Under the pieces are notes generated by a model that was given only the letters and a program-made list of their open reading frames with translations, ran no database searches and was not told where the DNA came from. A DNA stretch of 64,000 nt from NCBI GenBank assembly GCA_964016885.1, contig OZ024755.1:19654001-19718000 (forward strand), in the 5' to 3' direction. Below are positions 1 through 14,169 of this stretch, piece after piece. The DNA comes from Eledone cirrhosa. Its lineage: Eukaryota. The number at the start of each line of letters is the position of its first letter. Position 1 is the stretch's first letter. The position numbers were made by a program, and so were the translations under genes.

Positions 1-345
1 ACAATTATTATATATATATCACCTATGGACGCATTTACTTGCAGCCCTACAACAACTCTGTGTGTGTGTTTTATTGAAATTCATTTTGACATAGCCTGAA
101 GTTTCAGTAATAAAACGGCTTCGTTATTGTCTCAGTCCGACTGTGTTTTTAAGGATTCACTACATTATGTCTTGTTGGATAGGTTTATTTGATCTTTCTG
201 TCAATAAAATATTTTACAATATTTCACGTTTAGTATTTCAGTTCTACAATACCAACTTGAATACATTTTCATACATAATTTCTGATTTTTGTGGATCTTT
301 TGTCTTATCAATATCTACATCATTATAAATAATTCGTCACAGTGA

Positions 346-443
346 GGGCAGCGGATTGGCAACAATCGGTAGGGCATCGGGCAACCAACATGCTTTGCGG
401 CATATTAGCTTTGTACCTTTTACGTTCTGAGGAGTTCGAATCC
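346..443 (+). mobile_element. tRNA-derived SINE 5' head fragment
   Basis: gggcagcggattggcaacaatcggtag (A-box-like) ... gagttcgaatcc (B-box); homologous to the head of the full SINE copies; ends in (CA)n. Confidence 0.7.
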
Positions 444-499
444 ACACACACACGCGCGTGTGTGTGTGCGTGTGTGTGTGTGTGAGAGAGAGAGTGAGT

Positions 500-720
500 G
501 TGGGCAAAATGTAAACAGAAACAACAAAGCAAATGACACAGTACAATGAAGAAATATATTACTTTAACGCTTGATATTGTAGGTTAAAAAAAGATAATCT
601 TAACGTTTCGGATCCTAGCCTTTCATCGGAAGATAGTATGAGAAATAAAAGATGAAATAGAAAGACAGAGAGTGAAAAGAGGAAGGAACAGAAAAGAATG
701 TTTGAGAAAAAACGTGTGTA
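500..720 (-). mobile_element. HHR-bearing dispersed repeat, family H1 (Penelope-like pLTR remnant)
   Basis: Aligns by eye with 49640-49855 and more loosely with 32915-33090; flanked by (GT)n on both sides; contains a minimal HHR. Confidence 0.7.
597..634 (-). ncRNA. Minimal type I hammerhead ribozyme motif (CCGAUGA variant)
   Basis: Minus strand: AUCUU-CCGAUGA-AAGGCUAGGAUCC-GAAAC-GUU-AAGAU. Stem I AUCUU/AAGAU; loopless palindromic stem III AACGUU. Confidence 0.6.
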
Positions 721-728
721 TTTTGTCG

Positions 729-812
<84 letters not shown>

Positions 813-1462
813 CAGGCATACACGTATTCACTCGTTCAAAGAAATAATTGCTGTCATATCTTTTCTTTACAAAATTCTCTCAAGTGGAATATTCATGAAA
901 TGTCAGTGACCGATTAGTTTGGCATAAAGGCTTCTATGTTTGGATCCAATTAACGGTCTGACCCTGTTATAACCTCATGTGGGCTTTAACTTAACTAGTC
1001 ATTTCTTCTTAATAATCATTTAACAGAAGATAATAGAACGATCGATATCTATTTAGCTTGTAGTTTGCTATTTCACTGTCTGCAGACGACATAAATAAAT
1101 TGATTAAAAATTATAAAACTGAAAAGTAAAAACAACAGCAAAACAACGAATAAATCAAGACAATTCGTATTATTATCATTATAAGCTATTAGAAATCGTG
1201 GTTAGTTTATTTATATGTTGAAATGTCTGCCTCAAAAATAGAGATCTAACCCACCCACAAGATGTTTTCATTAATTGCAGCATTTTAATGTTTGCGAATG
1301 ATAGCTTAACAAAGTATGCTAGTTTTATTTGTTTCAGCATTAACTTAAACAAATAATATTGTTATGTTGGTTCATGACTAAAAATAGATTGTACTTTCGC
1401 AAATTCATATTTTTTTAAACCAATAAGTCTTGATATATTTGCATGAGATTTATTATATGATA

Positions 1463-1900
1463 TTAGATCCTGTCAACAAAATCTCCATACAGTTTAAATA
1501 CACAACAAGTCTCCGATATCCGTATGGTTAAATGTCAGCAGAACAGCAAAAGAGGACCCAGGAGTCATGACCTGGATATGGCTCGGCCCCATAGTGTGTA
1601 AGAGGTTACAGCCCGAAACACTTGGGGTTTCTTTTCTGAAGACTTTCTGTTGTTCAGCTCTCCTGAGAGTCTCTTACCACATATAGTAATTCTTTGTTTC
1701 CATACAGCGTGTACACAGGATATCCCAACTCATGCTGGTTGGTCATGTAATATGGGAACTATATATAATATAGTAATATATATATCATGATATAGAAGTT
1801 AAGGGCTGAAACACTTGGTTGAAGGTGGGGGGGGATTTTGTCTCTGAAGACCTTCTGCTGTCAAACTCTCCTGAGGGTTTCTTACCAAACCTAAGTATGC
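1463..1900 (+). repeat. Unclassified dispersed repeat (~220 bp copy plus partial second copy)
   Basis: 1463-1685 and 1795-1900 match the reverse complement of 36645-36912 (ccgaaacacttg...ctgaagacc..ctgctgtc..ctctcctgag..tcttaccac). Confidence 0.7.
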
Positions 1901-2007
1901 ATTTTTGTCACAAATAAATCAACTCTCTTGCTCACGTTATTTTCAAACATGTAAGTAAACGTGGAAGAAACCATGTACGAAAACATATTTGTTAATAAGA
2001 GAATGTA

Positions 2008-2517
2008 AATAATTGTTTCTACTTTTGGCACAAGGCCAGCAATTACCCAGTGCATTACTGGTACTTTATTTTATCGAACCCGTAAGGATGAAAAGCAAAG
2101 TTAACCTCGGCGGGATTTGAAATGTAAATAATTGTTTCTACTTTTTGGCACCAAGCCAGCAATTAGCCAATACATTACTGGTACTTTATTTTATCGACCC
2201 CGTAAGGATTAAAGGCAAAGTTAACCTCGGGGGGGATTTGAACTCAGATCGTAAAGGGACGTAACTATGCTGGAAAGCATGGCGACCGACCCTCTACCGA
2301 TACTGCCAATTCACCACCCTGTAAATAATTGTTTCTACTTTTGGCACAAGGCCAGCAATTATTCCAGTGTATTACTGGTACTTTATTTTATCGACCCCGT
2401 AAGGATGAAAGGCAAAGTCAACCTCGGCGGGATTTGAACTCAGAATAGCAAGGGCCGTAACTCTATGCGTCAAAGCATGGCGTCCGACCCTCTACCGATA
2501 CTGTCAATCCACCGCCC
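2008..2517 (-). mobile_element. Three tandem copies of Nin/Deu-domain tRNA-SINE
   Basis: Copies at ~2008-2121 (partial), 2127-2319 and 2323-2517, each separated by tgtaaataat; core gcctttcatccttacggggtcgataaaataaagtaccag on the minus strand. Confidence 0.9.
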
Positions 2518-2599
2518 TGTAAATAATGAAGCATGATTATATACAAATTATATATCAGGGAAGCAAAAATCTGATAAAAGTGATTATACGACTCTGTAT

Positions 2600-2760
2600 A
2601 GGTGGCGAATTGGCGGAGTCGTTAGAACGTCGGATAGAATGCTTTGCGGTTTTCGTTCTGGCATTTTGCCCTCCGAGTTCAAATCTCGCTGAGGTTAACT
2701 TTGTCTTTCAGAGTTTCGAGACTGAGAAAAAAAGTACCAGTCTAGTACTGGGGTCAAGTC
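2600..2760 (+). mobile_element. Older SINE subfamily copy
   Basis: ggtggcgaattggcggagtcgttagaacg head, gagttcaaatc B-box, degenerate Nin core. Confidence 0.7.
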
Positions 2761-3431
2761 TTCCTCTATATCCTCTATATATCTTTCTCACTTCCGTTCT
2801 CTAACTCTCTCTAGAAGAAAGAAGTCAGACCTGGAGAGAAGATGGACTCCGCCAGAACCAACCATGCCCTAGAAATGTTGTATGTCGACACAGCACCCCT
2901 ACGGCCCCCCCCCTCATGAGTTACGAAACCACGCACGAATGCATGCATACGACTGTGCATTTTAAGACGAAACATTTTTGGTAATGACATAGAGAATAGT
3001 TTTAAATAGTTGCATAGCATATGAAACAGCAATGCTAGTGGTAATGTCTAGTAGCTAATAGATGAGCCAAGATACAGACTTGTGAACAACATAAATTTAT
3101 AGAAAAAAAAATTATATTTACTTGGAGATAAAATAATTTGTAACTTTCAGTTAGAGACCAGTCATCAAAATTGACCAGAAATGGTTTTACGCCTCGTAAA
3201 TTCAATATATATATCGTAAAATCGAAAATGCAATAAAATTTGTTTCAAAGAGGTGATTTATTTCAATTCGAATGAAATTATTGTATATTCAAGAAAGCTG
3301 TTTGATGCGTCTACTATTTTGTTTTCTATGTATATATGTATACATCACTTGAAATATGTTTGTTTCTTGACTGAAAACATTTCTGTTTATAAATCAAAGT
3401 TTATTTTACAATTGCTGACATATTCATATGT

Positions 3432-3670
3432 TAATAATTCACCACTAGACAGATTTTATGAGCAAAACCCAGCCGGCAGGAAACCCAGGGATAGACCCTG
3501 AGCAAGATGTTTGGATAACATCCATGAGCTTGGCTGGTCTGGCTTGGGCATCCAGCTGGATCAGTTGGAGACGATTGCTTCTGACAGGACCCGCTGGAAG
3601 GAGTGTTTAGGGGCCCTTTCTCTACGACCCTACCAGGAATAAGAAGACTTCCCCGCAACGAAAATAGTGT
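3432..3670 (+). mobile_element. RTE-clade LINE 3' fragment (pseudogenised)
   Basis: Translates PAGRKPRDRP*ARCLDNIHELGWSGLGIQLDQLETIASDRTRWKECL, matching the RTE C-terminal pattern GxRPRGRP..RW.D.I...LGI...A.DR..W; has an in-frame stop. Confidence 0.75.
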
Positions 3671-3814
3671 GAACATTTATTCAAGAAATTTTGTATTCTA
3701 GTCCCACAGTATTTTTTAGTACAGATTTTATAAATGGCTTATTTTATCATATTTGTTTATGATATATATGTATATGTAATATATCAGATAGGCATTTATC
3801 CATACCATTATATG

Positions 3815-4172
3815 CGTCAGACACCATGCTTTGCAACATAGAGTTGCGGCCCTTTACGTTCTGAGTTCAAATCTGCCGAGGTTAACTTTGCCTTTCATCC
3901 TTACGGGGTCGATAAAATAAAGTATCAGTAATGCACTGGGGGTAATCGCTGGCCTTGTGAAAAAAGTAGAAACTCTAATAGGGTGGCGGATTGGCAGTAT
4001 CAGTAGAGGGTCGAACGCCATGCTTTGCAGCACAGAGTCACGGCCCTTTACAGTCTGATCTCCAATCACGCCGAGGTTAACTTTGCCTCTCATCCTTACG
4101 GAGTCGATAAAATAGAGTATCAGTAATGCACTGGGATAATTGCTGGCCTTGTGCCAAACGTAGAAACAATTA
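3815..4172 (+). mobile_element. Two tandem Nin-domain SINE copies
   Basis: ~3815-3978 and 3980-4172, both ending ...gtagaaac; followed by (TACA)n. Confidence 0.9.
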
Positions 4173-4213
4173 TACACACACACAATACATACATACATAC
4201 ATACATACATACA

Positions 4214-4249
<36 letters not shown>

Positions 4250-4309
4250 TATATAAACTATAATAGACGGAAAATTGCCAGAGTTGTTAGAACGTCGTAT
4301 AGAATCTCG

Positions 4310-4540
4310 TCTGTCTCGAGTCTGGAGGCTCATCAGTCTGGTGCTTAACCCGGTTTCCGTGATATGAAGCGACAGAGAGCACAAGACTCCCTGGACAGGA
4401 CACCAGCCCATCGCAGGTTTAAATCCCCAGCTTTTGCTGGTACTCATTTCCATCTAAGTATACTGGAGCAACGTGAAAATGAAACATTTTGCTCAAGAAC
4501 GCAACGCAACACAACTCAATCCAGGAATCGAACTCATGAC
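4310..4540 (-). mobile_element. V-domain-type tRNA SINE
   Basis: Minus strand: gagttcgattcc B-box, gttcttgagcaa, then cctgcgatgggctggtgtcctgtccaggg (V-domain-like core). Confidence 0.65.
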
Positions 4541-4911
4541 ATTTTGACGAGTAGATTCTTCCTTTTTATGTATTTCTCTCTTCCTCTATCTCGCTTCCTT
4601 TCTCTAGAAGAAATCGGTTGTGTTTAACCCGGAGAGGGCTGTGCTCCGTCGTGTTTAATAAATGTCTAAGATATGCTGTATGTCACACCAGCTCTACTTC
4701 AACGTCATCACGAGTTCAGGGCACCTAATATAATACAACGTAACAAATACCTCACATTTTTTTAATTACAAAATAGCGAACAAGTTATGTTTATCCACAT
4801 CCATTACATAATCATGTTAGTATTAATATCTTTAATGGAGGGAGCACTAAAAGTCTAATTAGAAATATGTGACGAAGGAAGAAAACAAAACACAAGCAAT
4901 ATAACTAAAGA

Positions 4912-5097
4912 ACTGAATTGACAGTATCGGTAGAGGGTCGTACACCATGCTTTCCAGCATAATTACGTCTATTTACGGTCTGAGTTCAAATCCCGTCGAG
5001 GTTAACTTTGCCTTTCATCCTTACGGGGTCGATAAAATAAAGTACCAGTAATGTACTGGGTAATTGCTGGCCTTGTGTCAAAAGTAGAAACAATTAT
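4912..5097 (+). mobile_element. Nin-domain SINE copy
   Basis: Near full-length match to the family. Confidence 0.9.
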
Positions 5098-5579
5098 TTT
5101 AATTATTTCAGCAAAGGTTGTAGACAAGTCAGAACATATTTTGGTTTTATTATAATCCCGCAAGCGGTACTTGTCGATGTAGTGATGGAAGAATTACTGT
5201 TTTATTTATTCTCTGAACAAATATATTTATCAAGTTGGTCTTCGTTCAAATACTCTTTAAGTTACTTAGCATTGTTAATTTTTCATTCTGTTCATTATTA
5301 ATAACATTTGCTTTATTAGAATTACTGCAGTGGTTGACAGACGCAGTATTGTACCAGCAAAACAAATAACGTATACATTGCTAAACCAATCATATTTTCA
5401 AGACAAACAAATAACCCGTAGCTTTATAAACCAATGAAATCATACAACCAGTTTTCGAGGCTAACACTCCCCACCTTTTCAAACAAATGACGCAACACAT
5501 TTCAAACCATCAGATAAAAAAACCCTAGCAAAAAACAGCAAAATAACAAACAAAATAAACCCAATAATCCTACCAAGAA

Positions 5580-5915
5580 TAAAGTTGTTTCCGCTTTAGG
5601 TACAAGTCCAACAGTTTGCTTTTGTAGGGGATGGGAAAGTCAATGAATCGACCCTAGTACGTTACTGGTACTTTATTTTTTAACCGCAGAAGAAGATTTC
5701 TGAATCAGGCACAGAGTCAACAATTTTTGTGGGAGGGGAAAGTCGTTTAAATAGATCCCAGTGCCTTACTGGTACTTTATTTTTTAACCCCGTATGAAGA
5801 AATGAAAGGCAAAGCTAACCTCGATGAGGTTTGCACTCAGAACTTAAAGGCATGTAACTACATATGCCGCAAAACATGCTGCTAGATGCTCTACCGATAC
5901 TGCCAATCCACCGCA
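5580..5915 (-). mobile_element. SINE copies (subfamily with extra ggggaaagtcgatt segment)
   Basis: Partial plus near-full copy; the same extra segment is seen at 7029-7108, ~14000-14150 and 45395-45597. Confidence 0.75.
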
Positions 5916-6704
5916 TCATCTTACCAACACATACAATGAAACAAACAATAGTCAATTATACAATACTAATACTGTTTATAGTGTTTATCTGTACCGTCGT
6001 ATGGCGCTTATTTACTGCTTCGGTGGGATCACAGCCAATGAGAGTTATGTGATTATGCGCAGTGCAGATGGTAGATGCCATTGAAATTATCCATAGTTTA
6101 ATACCTTATCGACCTGGCCATCTAAATTTATCTCTGTGTTATATGACATCTGTTACGTAATATGGAATTTAACATGGTATAATAGTTGCAGCGACATTCC
6201 ATAGAATTATTACGAACATCATTGCTCATGATAATACCTTACTTGGAGTTAAAATGCGAACAACGTGGATTCAGTCGACTTACAATTATTGATTTATGGA
6301 AAACAACAATGGTTAATGTTGACCAATTATTTTTTTTCAAAAGTCATTTTGCTAAACACAAAATTTTATAATGGTTCGCAGGCTGTTCATATATGACAAT
6401 GAATAATGGAAATAACAATACGAAATACACTTCCATTGTAAAAAATTCTTTAGAAAATCTTAATTAAAGAAATTTATACAAATATCAAAATATACAAAAA
6501 CATTATGGAATTTATACAAATATCAAAATAAAGAAAGATATTATGTACATAAATGTCATAAAGTATTGTAAAGAAAAGCTTTTCTGTTGAATCGTGCTTC
6601 AAGGCAAAGTGAATTCCTATTTCTTAGTAATGGGATACAGTGAATTTTGTGACACAGAACAGCGTTCAAGAAATAATACATATGTTATTGCAATTTACAT
6701 AATA

Positions 6705-7028
6705 TATATTGGTAAGATATAAGGATATAAGTACATAATAATAAAGTACAGTATATATTCTTCATATATTGGTAAGATATAAGTACATATTAATAAAATA
6801 CACTATATATTCTTCATATATTGGTAAGATATAAGTACATATTAATAAAATACACTATATATTCTTCATATATTGGTAAGATATAAGTACATATTAATAA
6901 AGTACAGTATATATTCTTCATATATTGGTAAGATATAAGTACATATTAATAAAGTACAGTATATATTCTTCATATAATGGTAAGATATAAGTACATATTA
7001 ATAAAATACACTATATATTCTTCATATA
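6705..7028. repeat. 52-bp minisatellite, ~6 units
   Basis: ggtaagatataagtacatattaataaaatacactatatattcttcatatatt recurs at 6711, 6771, 6823, 6875, 6927, 6979. Confidence 0.95.
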
Positions 7029-7219
7029 AGGGGAAAGTCGATTAAATCAACCCCAGTCCCTGACTGGTACTTTATTTTATCGACCCCGTAAGGATGGAAG
7101 GCAAAGTATGTTACTTGAAAGAGTGGGAGCAAGCAACATGGATGAATAATTAAGAAACTAAAATAGCTTATCAAAATATTCCAAGTGTGATTTAACGGAA
7201 TGACACCTTAGCCATCCTT

Positions 7220-7261
<42 letters not shown>

Positions 7262-8304
7262 CATGCTAAATCTTCCTGAGAACTACACGTGCATGTGGAA
7301 TGCTAACCCACATGCTCGCAATTTTCACGAACAGGCTAAGCAATCATCTCGTTTTTCGAACAACTGAAATACTTGTCGTCGAAACCGACGTAGGCCCAAC
7401 AACAGCATGGAACCTCCTTGGCGGCTATAGATTTGGATACTATCTATTGACTTTCTGACTGGCTATGGGATTTCAGGAGAATCATTATTGTGGGTGGTGA
7501 TAAGTGGAAATGCAAATGAGATGAAATACGTTGGAATTCTTCCCACAACAAAAATACAAAAATAGGCTGCTAGCTTTAAAAAAACACAAAAGAAATAATA
7601 TATATATATATATATATATTCTTTTTGTAGTGTAGATATTAATACTGAAGATCTGAAAAAACACACATCTTTACTAAAACTTTATGCATAAGATACGATA
7701 TTATAGGTATCTATTTTTAGTTTCAGCGAACTACTAACTCAAGTGAGACCTGACAAAGCTACGTTAGATATAGTTCTCAGCTATAAGAGTATATATAAAT
7801 AAAAACATGGATGTTAGAATATCGTAAGATGAGCCACATACGTACAAGAGTATAAGGGAGTGTTATCGTAGTTACTCGATTTGCTATAAGCAGCAGTTAA
7901 ATTCTCCTTATACCATACTCTAACACTAGAAACAGCAGCTAAATTCTGCTTATATTACACTATAACACCGACTTCAAAAGAGGAATGGTACATTGAATGC
8001 ACAAAGTCTACCAAAATAGACAGAATGAACAGTGCACGCCGGGAATATATTTAACGATAGGTCTGCTCAATCAAGCCCGAAGTTTATAATGGGTGATCTT
8101 ATTTGGCAATAGATAATGGAACTAGCAATGTGAAACAGTTCCAGTGAGAAAATCTTTAGAATGTCTCTATTGAAGAAAATTATACAGATATCAAAATATA
8201 AAAGATTATTTTTTATATATATAAATATCAAAAGGGTGGAAGTATTAACCATATATGATACATAGATATCAAAAGAAGAGAACCACTACCACCAATAATA
8301 ATAA

Positions 8305-8495
8305 TAATAATTGTTTCTACTTTAGGCACAAGGCCAGCAATTACACAGTACATTACTGGTACTTTATTTTATCGACCCCGTATGGATGAAAGGCAAAGTT
8401 AACCTCGGCGGGATTTGAACTCAGAACGTAAAGGGCCTAACTATGCTAGAAAACATGGCGTCCAACCCTCTACCGATACTGCCAATTCACCGCCC
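8305..8495 (-). mobile_element. Full-length Nin-domain SINE within an (AAT)n tract
   Basis: Complete head-to-tail copy flanked by (AAT)n/(GATAAT)n. Confidence 0.9.
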
Positions 8496-11400
8496 TTAAT
8501 AATAATAATAATAATGATGATAATAATGATGATAATAATGATGATAATAATAATGATAATAATATTTTTGATATTTACAAGAACCATGTTCTAGGTTTCA
8601 CGAAGGAAATGGAATAATTCAAGAAACATTACTCATTAAAGTATTAAGGACAACAGATTTATTTGATATAATGAGTTGTCCAACTTTCATATTTCTTTTA
8701 CAGTTTTTAGACAGAGAGGGAAGGGCTTCTGAGACTATTAGATGGAAGAAAGAAGATATCCCTATATCAGAGATCTGTTTGGAATTCACCCAAGGAACAG
8801 ACGGTGGTGTTAAACTGGAAATAAAAAACAAACGCGAGAACGTACACAGCAAAACATCTCGTTACACTAACAATTCTGCCAAGCCACTATCCAGGGCTAG
8901 TTGTTTATTTTATCGATCCTGGAAGGATGGAAAACAAAGTTGGCCTCAGAGGAATTTGAAATTAGAGCGCAGAAATCCGAAATAAATACCACAAGACATT
9001 TTGCTTTAAGCTTTAAAGTCTAACGCCGTGAAGATTCACGGAAAAAAACACTAACAAATGTGCGCATAACATGTGAAGATGTCATTAGAAAAAAGATGAA
9101 GAGAAGAAGAGAAGAATAAAAGGTAAAAAGATAAAATGCACTTTTATGGAGGAATTATTCATAACACCAAGCTTTGGTGTTATGAATAGAACGGTATGTG
9201 TCAACTGGATAGAATATACGTTCCCATATTTCATTCTAGAAAGCCGAGAAAACTGAAAATATTGCCGAATCCTGATTTAATGTTGTTTATGTAATAGCTG
9301 AGACTCTCTCTTCTGATCGTCAATTTCCGAAAAACATATACATAAAAGCAAGGGGAGAGGGGTGGGGGACTAAAAAATGTTAGTAAATAAAAACAGCAAC
9401 AACAACAACAAAAATTAAACAGACGACCATTTGGGTATCGATCAATTAATCAACTGCCAAGAGAAAAGGATTCTGCCAGATATAATTATTCAAAGCAAGA
9501 TATTTATCTGAAAAATTCGATCATTGTGTTCAATCAACCATAAAGATGGACTTTACTGCTACTTAGGTTTGCTTGTGTATGCCGTGATGCTTGATTTAGT
9601 ACGGAAGAAATTACAGACGTTTTTGTTTTTGGCTTTCATTTACAACGTCGTATCAATCATATCACTCTAGACTTTTACTGCAAACGTTGCCAGAAACAAA
9701 CAAATTTTATTAAACTGGATACATGATATAATGAAGGGATAGTATTTTGTCAACTTTCACGTTCATTTTCATAATTTCATATTACAGAAAATATAACCAT
9801 GGAAAGAAAAAAAATGGTTGATAGGTTGCTTCTGTTAACATATATTGTGTAAGGCTGCCAACTGAGTAGAATCGTTTAGAATACCGGAAAATACATCGTG
9901 GTACTTGGTTCATCTGTTTGCATTTCATTTATCCAGGGCTGGGAATCGATTCTTTTTCTAGGATTAGCTACGATGCGATGTGACAGGGACGTGGGAAACC
10001 AGTCACGGTGCTCTCCTTCACCCAAAGAAAGGACGTTTCTAACTTTTCTAATAATGAAAACTGTTCTTTAAGAAAATTATATTCGAGAACACACACAATC
10101 GGATATTCTAAGTACAGATAATTAATGGATGAAGTGAAACTAAAGAATGGCTGAAGGAGATCTGGAAAATGGATGAATTAAGAATAGGGAATGGATGATT
10201 TAAAATAGTGAAAGATTATCAAGAGTCGTGTGCTTGTGTTTCCCAAAGTTATTATGTGTATAAAGGAAATAACTACACTAGTAATGTACAATCCTAGATC
10301 AAGATATAACTACGCTAGTGATGTACTGTCCTGGATCAGGAAAGAAATACATGTTTATTGACTGGACACTGTCAGAGGAAGTGAAATATTAGGAACTTGT
10401 ATCTTCTTGCAAAACTGTCTTTTGACCCAACATTGTAACAAATAACACTTAACTCAGTTGAAAATACTGTTGTTGATCTTTAACCACATATCAATCCTGA
10501 TCAAGAAAGCCTATAATCAGAGCTTTTCTAGTCATGATCATCCGGTATTTCTTTTTTATATATTAGAAAACATTGTCTAATTTATCCTCCATTTTTTTTT
10601 AAGACCTTAGAATGAGATTTGTAGGAAATGTGTTTCCTGTTTCTTAACAGGTCAAGATGACTTCAATAATCTATCACGTAGCATTGACATTTCTGCAACA
10701 AGAAATTGTGAAGGGAGAAATTATGCAACCAAAATAAAAAAAAACAACAAAAAATAAAATAATACATAAAAAAAACAACAGAAATAGCAAAGTGGCCGAT
10801 GCAAGGTTCGCAGAATGCCCAACTGCAGCTTTCAAACAAAAAATAATAAAAAAAAAAAAATGCAATTTAGAAGGTAATTGAAACTATCTCTTCATCGTAT
10901 TCTGAAATGAAATTGGGAATTCTTGTCTCTTTCGTTATATTGAAAAAGACATTTTCTAGACATTTCCATTTCCCTGAACTGGTAATATATAATATATAAG
11001 GTTTGGATATTTCGCAAAAATGTCCTTAGAAATCACTGGAAGATATTCTGCTTCTGGAAACATTTATGCCAGATATCAATCCTTATATGGTTGTGTACAC
11101 TAACACTATATGTAGAGAAATAAAATACACAAATCTCACATACAGTATATCCATGATAAATAGTAAATAGATTTTGCTGTTTGATATCATTACAGACATA
11201 GCTAGCTAGATATGTCACTAGACTAGCTCGAATGGTAAACTTATAATTAACAAACTTCATGACTTTGCCTTTCATCCTTACGGGGTCGATGAAATAAAGT
11301 ACCAGTAACGCACTGGGTAATTGCTGGCCTTGTGCCTAAAGTAGAAACAATTATATTGAAGTAAATTGTATTTATACTAACGCAAGTGTATATATATATA

Positions 11401-11982
11401 TATACATGTATATACACAGTTACATACACACTTTTAGACACTATTACTAACTTGAAAGGAATTTACAAAATCTATGGCTGATTTTAAAGCGTAAAAGGAA
11501 AATTTCAAACAAAATGAAATTGTATTTTTTTGTATCAATTATATTTCGTGTTTTCATTAGATTTTGATGTGTTTGAAATGCTTAATGCTAACCGCTTATA
11601 CATTTGCCGACTTAATAATCTGTCAAATCATTTGCATTGAATGTATTCATGATAAATTATATTATTAGACGTACTGATCCGTTTCTCAGCTTAATAGAAT
11701 AAATATTGGCATAAGAAGAGACATTACATGAATGATACAATGTAAAGTGGTTAAATATTTTCGGAGACAGATCACATTATCTAATCATATTTTATCATAT
11801 ATACTAATGTATTTCGGAATCTGTAACATGTTTTATTATTGTTAGATCAACACGAATAATTAACTGAGGGCTGCTTTACTGACTTCGGAAGCCTGGTAGG
11901 ATGTGGACAAAGAAAGCAAGCGAACATAATTAAATATTACAAGGTGTATTGACTGGTGTTTTTCTACTGGAAAATCCTAAAT

Positions 11983-12364
11983 CAGTGATTCCGAGCATGG
12001 AGCTCACACTCCACAGGGTGGTGGTGGTGCAGTTTGAATATTTAAGGGGGAAAATTTGAAAATGATGTTAATGAGAACAGACCACAGGCTTTATCTTACT
12101 ATTTTTACATCAAGGTAACTGTCATTATACCAAGGTTAGTCAGAAATTCCTGTCTCACCTCTTCCCCTCAAACATGTTATTGTGCATCTGGCATCACCTA
12201 TACACCAATTTGTTTACATTTTGCAGTTGATTATCGCTGTTTTCATATCAAAGGGGGGAATTTTAGTATCGAAGCGAAGAGGGGCATTTTCATATCAAAG
12301 GGAGGCATAACAATTTTTGAAATATTGATCTGGAGCGTGGTGCAAAAAAGGTTGGGAACCACAG
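11983..12364. mobile_element. Non-autonomous hAT (Charlie-like) element
   Basis: Ends CAGTGATTCC... / ...AAAAGGTTGGGAACCACAG; degenerate 8-bp TSD tcctaaat / acttaaat. Confidence 0.7.
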
Positions 12365-12929
12365 ACTTAAATGATAGAAGACAGATTTCTAAAAGTTATG
12401 GCCTTTATCAGCTCAAAGTATATTTATTTCATTACTCATTCTTATGCTTGCTTATACTGCAGAACCTAGTGTAGCCATGTGTATATATGTAATATGCCAA
12501 TAAAGTTTATATATATATATTGCAACTGATTTTTGATCCTACTTATTATATTTTACACTCTGCACACTACAACGGCCTTAACTCTGAAATACTACAGAAC
12601 TAGATATGGACCTCGTAACAGCACCAAGTGCTTCAAACTTAACACACACACATACATATATATACGTACATTTTAGTTCGTCCCCATATGTGTTTCACGG
12701 GGTAAATTGATTAACGAGTTGTATTACTATATTATTAATTAGCTGACATCTAATAACATAACACCGGTAACTAATGACACACATAATTATTCTTACATCA
12801 AATCGAGTGCAGTCTATTTATGAGGATACGATGTAGGAAATATAATCAAAACACTATGTTGTAGTTTAATAGCAATTTCTCCTATTTCTTTCTAATTTGG
12901 TCAGCTGCAATTATTATCAAGAAAATAAT

Positions 12930-13060
12930 ATAGTTTAATAAGAGTGACTGTAGAGAAAGTTAGTGTAATAATAGTGACTATATAGAAAGGTGGTTTAATA
13001 ATAGTGACTATATCGAAATATTGTGTAATAAAAGTGACTGTATATAAAGAGAGAGTGTAA
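12930..13060. repeat. ~30-bp degenerate tandem repeat, ~4 units
   Basis: aataa.agtgact.tata.a.a.. recurs about every 30 bp. Confidence 0.75.
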
Positions 13061-13061
13061 T

Positions 13062-13268
13062 AATAATTGTTTCTATTTTTGACACTAGGAAAGCAATTAT
13101 CCCAGTGCATTACTGGTGTTTTATTTTATCGACCCCGTAAAGATGAAAGACAAAGTTAACCTCGGCGGGATTTTGACTCAGGTCGTAAATAGGCGTAACT
13201 CCATGCGGCAAAGCATGGCGTAACTCTATGCTGCAAAGCATGGCATCCGGCCCACTACCAATACTGCG
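13062..13268 (-). mobile_element. Nin-domain SINE copy with internal duplication
   Basis: Family match; gcgtaactc.atgc.gcaaagcatgg is duplicated. Confidence 0.85.
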
Positions 13269-14169
13269 ACTGTAACTTTGGTCTTGTCTAGAATAGTTAT
13301 TTCCAGGCGAAGAGCATCAAGTGTATCTTAAGCATATGTTACTACAACACGTGAATCTCATAAAGACGTGTAGTACATTTGTATTTTCTGAAATAGATTT
13401 AAACCATGACTATTTATTTAATAGGAAACTGTTCTGAAATATGATCACTTGATTCAAAGGTGTCGTTTGTAGCTGCTTAAAATAATCTTCTAGTATGTTT
13501 AATTTCAATAGTATAAATTCACTGAATGTATTACATTACAAGCAGGGCGCCTGGTGTCGATGTAAATGGCAAATTAAACTAAGCGTCTAATTGAGATATA
13601 TCGGAATCTGATTACTGATTGGAAGAATTTAATTTCCTTTACAATCGCTAAAGACCTTGGGGAAAGCATGGCTATGTGACTTTTGAATTAAAAGAAGTCA
13701 ATAAAATTGGTGAGTAGCAATGAAAAAGTTATAAAGAAGTTAAGTAGAAAATATAGACATTTGATATTTCTCCCGATTTATGACACTTGAATGAGATGAA
13801 AACGCAACATTAATAAGATTAAGTACGTTATATTGCACACAGAGATTTCAGGTATTGCGATAAAGATGCATTGACCAAGGGTGCTTTCCAATAACTGTTT
13901 CAAATTAAATATATATTCATACAGATTTACTGGTGAAGCCAAGGAATATATATTTCTATCTCGCCAAAAAGTTCTCCTATTTTTCTAGTAATAATGGTTT
14001 CAGATTCAGGCAAGGCACATGGCTAGTAATTTTAGAGGAGGAGAAAGACGATCAAATCTACCCCCAGTGCATTACTGGTGCTTTATTTATCGACCCCATA
14101 AGGATGAAAGGCAAAGCTAACCTCGACGGGATTTGAACTCAGAACGTAAAAGGCTTTATGCTTTCTATT

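Noticed and set aside
4312-4340. CUGAUGAGCC...GACUCGAGAC on the minus strand
   Set aside because: No GAAA or stem III; it lies in the 3' tail hairpin of a V-type SINE.
3854-4627. 199-aa and 87-aa ORFs
   Set aside because: Read-through of SINE copies and (TACA)n.
6705-7028. Regular repeat array resembling CRISPR
   Set aside because: Units are contiguous with no unique spacers, there are no cas genes, and the context is eukaryotic; it is a minisatellite. The same applies to 37036-37200.
8671-8985. 104-aa ORF with SETIRWK, reminiscent of an APE endonuclease motif
   Set aside because: No other APE motifs, and the 3' part is a degraded SINE.
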